This document shows positions 1-8,876 of a stretch of DNA of 64,000 nucleotides, in pieces. The translations under genes were made by a program, and so were the position numbers. The notes under the pieces are model-generated. The model did no database searches, was not told the origin of the DNA, and worked only from the letters and a program-made list of their open reading frames with translations. The stretch comes from Fimbriimonadales bacterium (GTDB lineage Bacteria > Armatimonadota > Fimbriimonadia > Fimbriimonadales > JABRVX01): NCBI GenBank assembly GCA_045862955.1, contig BTVI01000003.1, forward strand, positions 32,001 through 96,000, given 5' to 3'. Numbering within the stretch: position 1 is the first letter of the stretch; every line of letters begins with the position of its first letter.

Positions 1-1434
1 CGCTCTATCTTGTCCGAAGCGCTGCACGAGATCGCACGCCACGGCCTCGGCGGTCTCGGGGTTGATGTCGGTGACCACCACGTTCGCGCCTTCTACGCAC
101 AGGCGGTGGGCAGCCGCACGCCCGATGCCGGATCCGCCGCCGGTGATGAGCGCGATTCGCCCTGCCAGCTCGCGGGGTGGTGGGGCCAGCTTCAGCTTGT
201 ACAGCTCGAGCGGCCAATACTCGATTTCATACGACTCGGCCTCGGAGAGCGACAAGAAACCTCCCATCGCGCTGCTGCCACGCATGACTGCTACCGCACG
301 GTGGATGAGCTGCCGCGTGACCTCGGCGTTCAACACGTCTTTGCCGAGGGCGAACGCACCGAGTCCCGGCACGAACACGACGCGGGGGGCGGGGTCGAAA
401 GGCTCGTCACCGGGAGCCTTGTGGCGCTCGAAGTAGGCCATGTATTCCTCGACGTACTTCTCCACGCCCTCGCGCAAGGCGGTTTCCAGAGCGTCCAGGC
501 CATCGCCGGGCTTCCACTCGACGAAGAGCGGCACGCGCTTCGTGTGCACCAGATGGTCGGGGCAGGCGGCGCCAACTTGTGAGACGGGGCGAGCGTCTGC
601 AGAGTCCGCGAAGGTGAGCAGCTCTTCGTGGTCGTCCCACTTCGCGATGGCTTTGCGTCGTTTGGAGGCTGCGCCGCGCAGCACAGGGAGCACTCTGGCC
701 ACCGCCTCTCGCCGCTGATCCGCCGGCATCGGTGGCACGTCGAAACCGGCGAACTGCTTCTTAGCCTGCACCTGCTCTCGCACGAACACCTCGGCCTCGT
801 GCACGATGCGGATGGTGTTGGCGTAGGAGGTCTTCGAGTCGGGGCCCCACGCGACGAGACCGTGCTTGGCCATCAGCACACCTTCGACCTGCGGACCGGA
901 CTCCGCGGCGTCAACGATCCACTTACTCAGCGGGAAGCCGGGACGAACGTAATCCACCCAAGCCACCCTGTCACCGTACACCTCGCGGGCGATACGCCGT
1001 CCATCCGGTGCGCACGCGATGGCGATGATGGCATCGGGGTGCGTGTGGTCCACGCACGTGTGCGGAACGAAGGCGTGCAGAAGCGCCTCGATGGACTGGC
1101 GTGGGCGTCCGGGTTCGAACACGCAACGCGAGAGGTACTCGGTCATCTCTTCGTCGGTCATGTGCTCCCGTTGTCGGAGTGGGAGCATCTCGTCCAGCTT
1201 CAGCGCGGCGAAGCCCTTGTCCGTGATGGTCGCGAGGTCGGAGCCGGAGCCTTTGACGTACAGCACGCGGGTGGGCCGCCCTAGGTGGTCCGGGACGGTG
1301 AGCTTGGAGCTGGTGTTGCCGCCGTAGATGTTGACGACGGAGCGGTCGGCGGCGAGGAGTCGGGAGCGGTAGACGAGCCCATCGAGGTCAGGCAGGGCAT
1401 CCCGATCGGCATCGTTCCAGAGGTTCTGTGGCAT
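1..1434 (-). CDS. Bifunctional rhamnulose-1-phosphate aldolase / short-chain dehydrogenase (RhaEW/YuxG-like); 3' end runs off the window
   Basis: Not in the ORF track; read manually on the minus strand: MPQNLWND...YRSRLLAADRSVVNIYGGNTSSK...VKGSGSDL (class II aldolase), later EYWPLELYKL...RIALITGGGSGIG (SDR Rossmann motif). GGAGG RBS upstream of ATG 1434. Confidence 0.88.
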   Translation of the reverse strand, partial: MPQNLWNDADRDALPDLDGLVYRSRLLAADRSVVNIYGGNTSSKLTVPDHLGRPTRVLYVKGSGSDLATITDKGFAALKLDEMLPLRQREHMTDEEMTEYLSRCVFEPGRPRQSIEALLHAFVPHTCVDHTHPDAIIAIACAPDGRRIAREVYGDRVAWVDYVRPGFPLSKWIVDAAESGPQVEGVLMAKHGLVAWGPDSKTSYANTIRIVHEAEVFVREQVQAKKQFAGFDVPPMPADQRREAVARVLPVLRGAASKRRKAIAKWDDHEELLTFADSADARPVSQVGAACPDHLVHTKRVPLFVEWKPGDGLDALETALREGVEKYVEEYMAYFERHKAPGDEPFDPAPRVVFVPGLGAFALGKDVLNAEVTRQLIHRAVAVMRGSSAMGGFLSLSEAESYEIEYWPLELYKLKLAPPPRELAGRIALITGGGSGIGRAAAHRLCVEGANVVVTDINPETAEAVACDLVQRFGQDRA

Positions 1435-1806
1435 GGGGGCCTCCGCAGGGGTTCGGGATGAGTTCGGAGGCATTGTACCGCGGGGGGGTGGACCTACGGC
1501 GCACTGCCCCGGCGCGGTCCTGGGTTTGCCGTGTGCGGAAGAGTGGTGCTGCGCGGGTGGAGGCGGAACGGGGCATCGAACCCCTCCCCGTGGGGGCTCT
1601 GCGAAAGGGGGAGGGGGTTCTTGCCGGGGACCGGAGCGGCGCCGCTCGGCCGGCAGCACGACGCGCAGACAGAGGTGGAGAAGAGACCCCCTCCTTGAGG
1701 TTCCCCCTTCCGCAGAGCCTACAGGGGGAGCCGGGGGCCGTGCCAATTAGGCAGCTAGCTGAGTGGTGAGCGTCCCTCTCGTCCAGATGAATGCAGGAGG
1801 CGAGGT

Positions 1807-2130
1807 CTACTCCCTGTCTGGGCGAGGCTCGGAGGTTCGCGGATGGGGGCCGGACAGGAGGTAGCCGACGACCACGCCGACGAGAAGGGCCCCAGCAACG
1901 AGCGTTAGCACCCCCGCTACCGAAGTGATATCCAGCCACTGTCGCGAAACCAGATAGCCCCGCCACATCAGATAGCAGATGGGACCCAATGCCGCCAGAC
2001 GCAGCAGGCCGCGACGAGACGGAGGGACGGCAAGGAGGCAAAGCACGCCAGTCCACACAGCGCATAGCAGGGTCAGCACGAGCCCGAAGCGGCCTTCGTC
2101 GATCCACTCGGGGAGCGTCTCGATTCGCAC
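1807..2130 (-). CDS. Small membrane protein of unknown function
   Basis: 107-aa ORF with about 3 hydrophobic helices, 4 nt downstream of mtnP. Confidence 0.6.
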   Translation of the reverse strand: MRIETLPEWIDEGRFGLVLTLLCAVWTGVLCLLAVPPSRRGLLRLAALGPICYLMWRGYLVSRQWLDITSVAGVLTLVAGALLVGVVVGYLLSGPHPRTSEPRPDRE

Positions 2131-2134
2131 TGTC

Positions 2135-2971
2135 TCACACTAACCGGATGTCACTATCGGATGCGGACACGCCGTCGCCGCGACTGAAGGCGTGCACCTC
2201 GGCGCAGGTACATGCCATTCTCTCCGTGGAGACACGGCGTATCAGGTCCAACACCACTTCCTTGATGCGGGCGGAGTTCTCGTTGAACACCCGCACCACT
2301 TCTTCGGCGGTTACGGGCTGGATGCCCGCCTCGTGCAGCCCGCAATCGTAGTCGGTGATGAGCGAGATGTTCAGTACACACATCCCCAGCTCTCGAGCCA
2401 GGTACGCCTCTGGGTACTGGGTCATGTTAATCACCTCCCACCCGGCGGCGGAGAACCATCGGCTCTCGGCCTTCGTGCTGAAACGGGGACCCTGAATCAC
2501 TACCACCGTTCCCTGCTCATGCAGCCCGATGCCATGAGACCGGATCACCTCGGCTGCCAGCGAGCGCATCTCCGGGCAGTAGGTATCTGCGGGGCTGACA
2601 TGGGTGGTAATAGGGCCGTCGAAGAAGGTGTCGGCGCGTCCCGAAGTGCGGTCTACGAATTGGTCACAGAGCACGAACTCGCCGGGTTTGACATGGGGCT
2701 GTAGACTACCTGCCGCACAAGGGCTGATGATGCGGGTTACTCCCAGCGCCTTCATCGCCCACAGATTGGCTCGATAGTTGATCCGGTGCGGGGGAATGCT
2801 GTGGTGTCGGCCATGACGAGGAAGGAACGCCACTCGCTTGCCACCCACCTCTGCCAGCATGACACTGTCGCTCGGAGGTCCATAGGGCGTATCAATCTTG
2901 GCTTCCTGCACGTCCTCTAACAGCGAGTAGAAGCCGGACCCGCCGAACACCCCGATCTGCGCTTTGGACAA
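2135..2971 (-). CDS. mtnP: S-methyl-5'-thioadenosine phosphorylase
   Basis: GVFGGSG, TPYGPPS, FLPRHG, INYRAN, GPRFST, INMT and TDYD motifs of the MTAP family. Confidence 0.92.
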   Translation of the reverse strand: MSKAQIGVFGGSGFYSLLEDVQEAKIDTPYGPPSDSVMLAEVGGKRVAFLPRHGRHHSIPPHRINYRANLWAMKALGVTRIISPCAAGSLQPHVKPGEFVLCDQFVDRTSGRADTFFDGPITTHVSPADTYCPEMRSLAAEVIRSHGIGLHEQGTVVVIQGPRFSTKAESRWFSAAGWEVINMTQYPEAYLARELGMCVLNISLITDYDCGLHEAGIQPVTAEEVVRVFNENSARIKEVVLDLIRRVSTERMACTCAEVHAFSRGDGVSASDSDIRLV

Positions 2972-3024
2972 CGTCGCCTCCCCGATATCAGGTAAGAAGT
3001 CGCCGGGAGTATACCGCCGGGAGA

Positions 3025-3876
3025 ATGTACGAGAAGCTGCGCGAGGAATACGGAGACTTCTTCTTTCTGGACGTCGAGTTGGACGGCGTTCGGGCGGTCA
3101 TGATTGCCGACACGGGCTGCCCCACCGACGTGTTGCTCACCGAGAGCTTTGCGCGGGACAACTTCGGCTACCGGCCAGACGAGGCGAGGCAGAACGATCC
3201 GATGGCGCAAACGATCCGGCTCACCAGCGCGCCCAACTATCTGTTCATCGCGGGCGAGACGCTGGCGCTGCAGGATCGCGAAGTGGACGCTCACAAGATG
3301 TCGGCCGGCTGGTCGGGCTCGGAGATCGCGGGGTGGATCGGCCTGCCCATTCTCGCGCAGTTCGCGTGTGTGATGGACTTCGAAGGGTGGAGGCTGCAAC
3401 TGGCGCGCTCGCTGCGCTCGGTTATTGGCCTGGCCGAAGCTGCCATCGAGGGCATCGTGCGAGTTCCTATCGAGCATGCGCCGGAGCCGTTCGTGCGCGG
3501 TCGGCTGGCGGGGTTGCCCGGCCGATGGCTACTGGACACGGGGAGAACGAACACCGCGGTGTATTACGACGCCTACCTGCGAGCCGGATTTCCCGAGCAG
3601 GAGCTAGAGCCCCCGGATCCGGACTACTGGGTGGCGGGATGGGACTGCAAGGGCTTTCACGTCGAGAGCATGCCGATCGAGATCGGCCCGGCGCTGTTGC
3701 CGGAGGAGTTCGTGGCGGTGACGGATTACAAGCCCGGGCGCGACTACAACCAGACAGCGATTGACCTATGGCTGGGCGACATCGGAACGGAGGCCCTGTC
3801 GTTCTTTCCCCTGGTCGTGATGTCGCCGGGAGCCGAGGAACTGATTTTGTTTCGCGCGCCGCTCGGGATTCGGTGA
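3025..3876 (+). CDS. Putative two-lobed retropepsin-like aspartic protease
   Basis: Two hydrophobic-D-T-G motifs (MIADTGC, WLLDTGR), each followed later by a G-x-I-G motif (GWIG, GDIG). Confidence 0.6.
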   Translation: MYEKLREEYGDFFFLDVELDGVRAVMIADTGCPTDVLLTESFARDNFGYRPDEARQNDPMAQTIRLTSAPNYLFIAGETLALQDREVDAHKMSAGWSGSEIAGWIGLPILAQFACVMDFEGWRLQLARSLRSVIGLAEAAIEGIVRVPIEHAPEPFVRGRLAGLPGRWLLDTGRTNTAVYYDAYLRAGFPEQELEPPDPDYWVAGWDCKGFHVESMPIEIGPALLPEEFVAVTDYKPGRDYNQTAIDLWLGDIGTEALSFFPLVVMSPGAEELILFRAPLGIR

Positions 3877-4170
3877 GGCTGGGATTCTCACGCAAAGAGC
3901 GCAGAGGGGTCGCCAAGAGCGCAGACAGGCACTTGACGCCTACGGGCACGGGGCGAGCCACACTTCAGCCCTCTCGTCTGCAAACTGCCCCTAGCCAAAC
4001 GACGCTGCGAGCCATGCGCGAGCGTGGTCCTTAGGTTTGCCGTTGCTACTAGTTGGGGGACACGGGCCAGAGCATGGAGAAACCCTCACCCAACCCTCTC
4101 CCTTCTGAAGGGAGAGAGAGGCCTGGTTCGTCTGTTGCGGCTTCGGCCTGTATGCGGTCAGAATGCGGGC

Positions 4171-4647
4171 ATGAGAATCCAAGATTTCGTCGCTGCGGAA
4201 ACCGAGCAAGCCGTGAAGTGGCTCTTCGAAACCGCTCGTCACGTCCCCGCCGACAAGCTCGACTGGAAGCCGTTGGACAACGGCCGAAGCTGTCTCGACC
4301 AGTTGCAGGAGTGCGCGCAGGCTCCCACTTGGTTCCTACCTATGCTCGAGACGAGGCAGGCTCCCCACCTCGACCCAGCCATGTATGAGGAGGCTAGGGC
4401 TGCGCGACGGCAGTGGGACACGCTGGAGAAGTGCGAGGAGGTTTGCAGGGAAAACACCGCCAAGCTTCTCGACGTGATTCGCAGCTACCCGGATGAGCAT
4501 CTGAGTACCGAGATTCCACATCCGTTCGCACCGGGAGAGACGATCAAGATGGCACACGTAATGCTATGGCATTACTGGAACACCGTGTACCACCTAGGGC
4601 AGATCAACTACATCCAGACGCTGCTCGGGGACTTCGAAATGCGATAG
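4171..4647 (+). CDS. DinB/YfiT-like four-helix-bundle protein
   Basis: LDWKP..GRS and C-terminal YHLGQI motifs; start chosen at ATG 4171. Confidence 0.75.
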   Translation: MRIQDFVAAETEQAVKWLFETARHVPADKLDWKPLDNGRSCLDQLQECAQAPTWFLPMLETRQAPHLDPAMYEEARAARRQWDTLEKCEEVCRENTAKLLDVIRSYPDEHLSTEIPHPFAPGETIKMAHVMLWHYWNTVYHLGQINYIQTLLGDFEMR

Positions 4648-4658
4648 CTCGCGGGCTG

Positions 4659-5354
4659 CTAGCCGAGGCGCTTGATACGATGCCATGGAAGGGGTCGGTC
4701 GGAGGGGGTCTGCCCCTTCTTGCGCCAAAGTGGGTAAGTGAGGGTCCCGCGCGAGCGCACCCCTTCTTGCTCAAACCCGAGTGAGGCCAGCGCCTCGGCT
4801 GGCATCGGTTCGTCGTGGGCAGTCCGGTGCGGCACTGCATAGCCCCCGACCCTCACGAAGCCCGCGAGTAGCTCGGCGGCGACGGCGACCCTGCCGACCG
4901 CCCGGCATAGGGCAAGCCCGTATCGCTCGCGGTGAGTTGCGTCGTGGGCCGCCTCTTCGGCCCTGAGGTTCAGCACGGTAGTGCCCTCGAGGCCCATCTC
5001 CTCTACCACACGCTGAACGAACGCCACCGCCTTGCCGCGGGAGTCGATGAGGGTGATTTCGAGATCGGGCCTGACGATCTTCACCGGCAATCCGGGAAAC
5101 CCAGCACCGCACCCGACGTCCACTACCGGACCTTTCACGTCGCCGCCCAAAGCCCAAAGGGGGTGGAGCGACTCCAGCGCGTGGCGTTCCACGAACTCCC
5201 CTGGAGGTACCCGAGTGAGGTTTTGCACCGCATTCGCCTCGTAGAGGCGTGCAGCGAGCAGCTCCATTCGCTCGACCGCTACTTCGTCGATGGGGAAGCC
5301 GAGTGTCTCGGCCCCGGTCCGCAGCTCATCCAGGTTCAACGGGCAGACAACCAT
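4659..5354 (-). CDS. rsmG: 16S rRNA m7G527 methyltransferase
   Basis: NLTR, HALESL, DVGCGAGFPG, IDSRGK, RAEE and CRAV motifs. Confidence 0.93.
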   Translation of the reverse strand: MVVCPLNLDELRTGAETLGFPIDEVAVERMELLAARLYEANAVQNLTRVPPGEFVERHALESLHPLWALGGDVKGPVVDVGCGAGFPGLPVKIVRPDLEITLIDSRGKAVAFVQRVVEEMGLEGTTVLNLRAEEAAHDATHRERYGLALCRAVGRVAVAAELLAGFVRVGGYAVPHRTAHDEPMPAEALASLGFEQEGVRSRGTLTYPLWRKKGQTPSDRPLPWHRIKRLG

Positions 5355-5401
5355 AGTGCGGTTGTACCCGCCCAGTGGTGGACCGCTGTATAATGGCGCG
5401 C

Positions 5402-6424
5402 ATGCAGTCGCTGGAGCCCTATCTGCAAGCCGTGGTGGACGGAAGGTCTCTCAGTACCGAAGAAGCGCGTGCCGCGATGGGAGTGATCATGGATGGCGAG
5501 GCGCCGCCGACTCAGATCGCCGGCTTTCTCGTCGCCTTACGCATGAAGGGCGAGACGGGCGAGGAGGTCGCCGGCTTCGCGCAGGCGATGCGCGACAAGG
5601 TGACGCCGGTGCGAACCACTCGTCAGCCCCTGGTGGACACTTGTGGCACGGGTGGCGATGGGTTTAAGACGTTCAACATCTCCACAGCGGCAGCGTTCAT
5701 CGCTGCGGGTGCGGGAGCGGCGGTCGCGAAGCACGGCAACCGCGCCATAACCGGACGCTGCGGCAGCGCCGATGTGCTAGAAGCGCTCGGTGCCAAACTC
5801 GATCTGAACGTCGAGCGGGAGGTGGAGGCGCTCGAGAACATCGGCATCGCCTTCTTGTTCGCACCGAACCACCATCCGGCCATGCGGCATGCGACACCTG
5901 TGCGACGCGAGCTCCGCCTGCGAACGGTTTTCAACATCTTGGGCCCTCTCACCAACCCTGCCGGGGCGAGACGGCAGGTTATCGGAGTGTACGACCCGGC
6001 CCTGATCGGGCTCGTGGCCGAGGCGCTGGCACACCTAGGCGTCGACCGCGCCGTGGTATTCCACGGGGAGCCAGGCATGGACGAGGTGTCTGCGGTGGGC
6101 ACGACTCGCTACGCGGTCATCGAGGGGAGCGCGGTTCAGCACGGCGAGTGGCGGCCCGAGGACCTGGGCCTGAGACGCGTCCGGCCCGAAGAGATCGCTG
6201 CAGGCGATGACGCGGGGACGAACGCCAGGCTCCTCACCGAAGCCATTAGCGAAGTTACGAGTTCCCTTTCCGAAGCTGCCATCGCCACGGCGGGTGCTGC
6301 GCTGTGGGCGGCGGGCGAAGGTGATGTGCGCACGGGTGTCGAGAGGGCGAGGGAATCGGTGGCGTCGGGCGCAGCGGCGCGGAAGCTAGAGGAGTACATC
6401 CGTTTTACCAATGAGCATTCTTGA
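5402..6424 (+). CDS. trpD: Anthranilate phosphoribosyltransferase
   Basis: DTCGTGGDG, TFNIST, KHGNR, GSADVLEALG and RTVFNILGPLTNP motifs. Confidence 0.96.
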   Translation: MQSLEPYLQAVVDGRSLSTEEARAAMGVIMDGEAPPTQIAGFLVALRMKGETGEEVAGFAQAMRDKVTPVRTTRQPLVDTCGTGGDGFKTFNISTAAAFIAAGAGAAVAKHGNRAITGRCGSADVLEALGAKLDLNVEREVEALENIGIAFLFAPNHHPAMRHATPVRRELRLRTVFNILGPLTNPAGARRQVIGVYDPALIGLVAEALAHLGVDRAVVFHGEPGMDEVSAVGTTRYAVIEGSAVQHGEWRPEDLGLRRVRPEEIAAGDDAGTNARLLTEAISEVTSSLSEAAIATAGAALWAAGEGDVRTGVERARESVASGAAARKLEEYIRFTNEHS

Positions 6425-7199
6425 GCAGATTCTGGAGAACAAGCGGCAGGAGGTCATCACGAGAAAGCTGCTTGCGCCCGTTGCGGACATGATCCTGCGC
6501 GCCGAGGATGCACCCCGCCCGCGACGCTTCGCCAAAGCACTAGCCGACCATCCCTCGAAGCCAGCGCTCATCGCAGAGGTGAAGAAAGCATCGCCGTCCA
6601 AGGGGGTCATCCGCGAGGACTTCGACCCCGTTGAGATAGCCTCGGCTTACGAGCGAGGCGGCGCCTGCTGCATCAGCGTACTGACCGACGAGCGCTACTT
6701 CCAGGGGCGGCTCGAGTACTTGACACGCGTGAAGGAAGCCGTATCTCTCCCGGTCCTGTGCAAGGATTTCATCCTCGACCCCTATCAGATCTACGAGGCC
6801 TTGGTGGCGGGGGCCGACGCGATCCTGCTGATTGCGCGTGCCTTCCGCGATGACCCGAACGCACTTGCAGACCTCATCTGGACGGCCGTAGAATACGATC
6901 TCGACACGCTCGTCGAGGTACACGATGCGGAGGAGATTCGACTGCTCGAAGGGTGCCGGTTCGACATGCTCGGCATCAACAACCGCGATCTCGAGACCTT
7001 CCATACCGACTTGGCGGTGACCGAGCGGCTTGCTGGTATGGCACCTCGTGATTCGCTCGTCGTGGCCGAGAGCGGGATTGAGACACACGAAGACCTGAAG
7101 CGACTCGCTCGGTGCGGTGTGTCGGCCGTGCTGGTCGGCGAGTCACTGATGCGACAGCCCGATGTGGAGGCTGCAACGCGGAAACTGCTAGGCCGATGA
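6411..7199 (+). CDS. trpC: Indole-3-glycerol phosphate synthase
   Basis: IAEVKKASPSKG, SVLTD, KDFI, GINNRDL and VAESGI motifs. Confidence 0.96.
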   Translation: MSILEQILENKRQEVITRKLLAPVADMILRAEDAPRPRRFAKALADHPSKPALIAEVKKASPSKGVIREDFDPVEIASAYERGGACCISVLTDERYFQGRLEYLTRVKEAVSLPVLCKDFILDPYQIYEALVAGADAILLIARAFRDDPNALADLIWTAVEYDLDTLVEVHDAEEIRLLEGCRFDMLGINNRDLETFHTDLAVTERLAGMAPRDSLVVAESGIETHEDLKRLARCGVSAVLVGESLMRQPDVEAATRKLLGR

Positions 7200-7792
7200 C
7201 CCGCGTAAAGATTTGTGGCATCACCAGACTCGAGGATGCCCTAGTGGCGATCGAGATGGGTGTGCACGCTCTGGGCTTCGTTCTCGAGCCGTCGAGCCCC
7301 CGATACGTCGGGGGACGAGGCGACCTGTTGCGGGCAGTCGCGAGCCTTCCCCCGTTCGTGTCCACCGTCGCCGTGTACGGCGTTCGGGGAGGCGGCCGGA
7401 GCGACTGGGAGGAGGCGGTGTCGGCAGTGCAGGCGGTCGAGGGCGAGCCGGCGAAGCCCCTCCTGCGCACGCTGCGGTTGGAATCGGAGGCCGACATCGA
7501 ACGTCTTTCGGATGTCATTCGCGGGGCCTCTGCCTTGGTGCTAGACGCGTTTCACCCCACGCAGATGGGAGGAACGGGGCGAGCTTTGGACTGGTCGCTC
7601 GCTGCAAAGGTCTCTGCGATAAGTCCGGTGCCCGTGATCCTGGCCGGCGGTCTGACTCCGGACAACGTTGCGGAAGCCGCGTACGTCGTGCGGCCCTACG
7701 CGGTGGATGTATCCTCTGGTGTCGAGAGTGAGCCGGGAGTGAAAGATGCTCGCAAGATGGAGGCTTTCATTCGGGCTGTAGCCCTGATTTAG
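7196..7792 (+). CDS. trpF: Phosphoribosylanthranilate isomerase
   Basis: VKICGIT, GGTG, LAGGL and DVSSGVE motifs; ATGA overlap with the trpC stop. Confidence 0.95.
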   Translation: MTRVKICGITRLEDALVAIEMGVHALGFVLEPSSPRYVGGRGDLLRAVASLPPFVSTVAVYGVRGGGRSDWEEAVSAVQAVEGEPAKPLLRTLRLESEADIERLSDVIRGASALVLDAFHPTQMGGTGRALDWSLAAKVSAISPVPVILAGGLTPDNVAEAAYVVRPYAVDVSSGVESEPGVKDARKMEAFIRAVALI

Positions 7793-7862
7793 GGGGCGAT
7801 CGAGGCAAAAACGTGCGGGATTGCACAAGGAATCCTCTTCTACATGTCATAAACAAGGGCGT

Positions 7863-8459
7863 ATGCCGATGCATGTGTTAGCCGACAGCGATCTAGAGAA
7901 GCTGCTGACGGCAATACTGGACCGTTCCTATGGGGTTGCCCTGCGGATGGCGCGAAGCACAGAGGAAGCAGAGCTACTCCTCGGCGAGACCGTTGCCGAA
8001 GCCGTCCGGCGCTACCCGAAAGATGCTCCAGGACCGGCGTTTGGCCTGTGGTTTTATCGCCTTCTCGTAGAGGCGTTCGTGAAGTCGCGCGCCCGCAGGT
8101 TGCGAGAAAGCAAACAACCGGAGGCGGAGGAAGCGACCGAGCTCTTCCTCTATCACGAGACGCAGCGGCTGGGCATGCACTCGCAGTCCAGGGACCCGGC
8201 AGCGGTCTTTTTGGCCAAGCTCCGCCCGGAGCAGATTGCGGCGGCGGTCGAGGCTCTGCCTGATGAGTACCGTGTTCTGTGCGCGCTGTTCCTGTACGAA
8301 GACTTGCGGTACGTAGAGTTGGCTGCCATCCTCGGGGTTGCGCCGAGTGTGGCTCGCAGTCGGCTGCACCGCGGGCGCAACATGCTGCAGCGAACGCTGT
8401 GGCGCGTGGCAATCGAATCCGGGGTGATCCAAGAACCCGCTACGGGGAATCTGGCATGA
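7863..8459 (+). CDS. ECF-type RNA polymerase sigma factor
   Basis: Region 2-like (AEL..ET...A; WFYRLL) and region 4 HTH (LPDEYR...YVELAAILG...ARSRLHRGR); start uncertain (7863/7869). Confidence 0.85.
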   Translation: MPMHVLADSDLEKLLTAILDRSYGVALRMARSTEEAELLLGETVAEAVRRYPKDAPGPAFGLWFYRLLVEAFVKSRARRLRESKQPEAEEATELFLYHETQRLGMHSQSRDPAAVFLAKLRPEQIAAAVEALPDEYRVLCALFLYEDLRYVELAAILGVAPSVARSRLHRGRNMLQRTLWRVAIESGVIQEPATGNLA

Positions 8460-8713
8460 GCGACACCACCTTCTTCACCTGTGAAGAAACGTTTCGCCGC
8501 ATGAAGGACTACGTGGACCGCGAGCTGCCCGCCGCGGAGGTCGCGCTCGTGGAGATGCACCTGAAGGCTTGCGGCGCGTGTGCGAGCGAGTACCGGTTCG
8601 AGCAGACCTTGCTGCGAGAGATGCGTTCCAAGCTTCGATCCGTGCCGACCTCTCCGGAATCCATCGCACGCCTCCTTTCGAACGCCGCTAAGTCCGGCGA
8701 GCAGCCTAAGTAG
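8456..8713 (+). CDS. Zinc-binding anti-sigma factor (zf-HC2, RsrA-like)
   Basis: TCEE...DYVDREL...HLKACGAC (HxxxCxxC); ATGA overlap with the sigma gene. Confidence 0.88.
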   Translation: MSDTTFFTCEETFRRMKDYVDRELPAAEVALVEMHLKACGACASEYRFEQTLLREMRSKLRSVPTSPESIARLLSNAAKSGEQPK

Positions 8714-8800
8714 GCGCTGAGACTACGAATCTTCAGCATCGCCGGCCAACGTGGAGCGCGTGGCGGGCCCACTCGAGTCGCATGATGTAAGCAAATCCAC

Positions 8801-8860
8801 AAAAAAAAAAGTACACAAGTAACTATTGACAAAACCTGGTGGGTAGGGCAGTATATAAGT
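8801..8860 (+). promoter_or_regulatory. Probable sigma70-type promoter with A10 tract upstream
   Basis: A10 at 8801-8810, perfect TTGACA at 8826-8831, AT-rich CAGTATATAAGT 17-22 nt further on; the exact -10 is ambiguous. Confidence 0.55.
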
Positions 8861-8876
8861 GCTGTTGGGCTAGTGC

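Noticed and set aside
10..1327. Plus-strand ORFs 10-582 and 628-1284
   Set aside because: Antisense shadows of the minus-strand aldolase/dehydrogenase gene.
7839..7848. TCTACATGTC shared between the ECF sigma and uvrA upstream regions
   Set aside because: A single 10-mer match without the flanking palindrome; plausibly chance.
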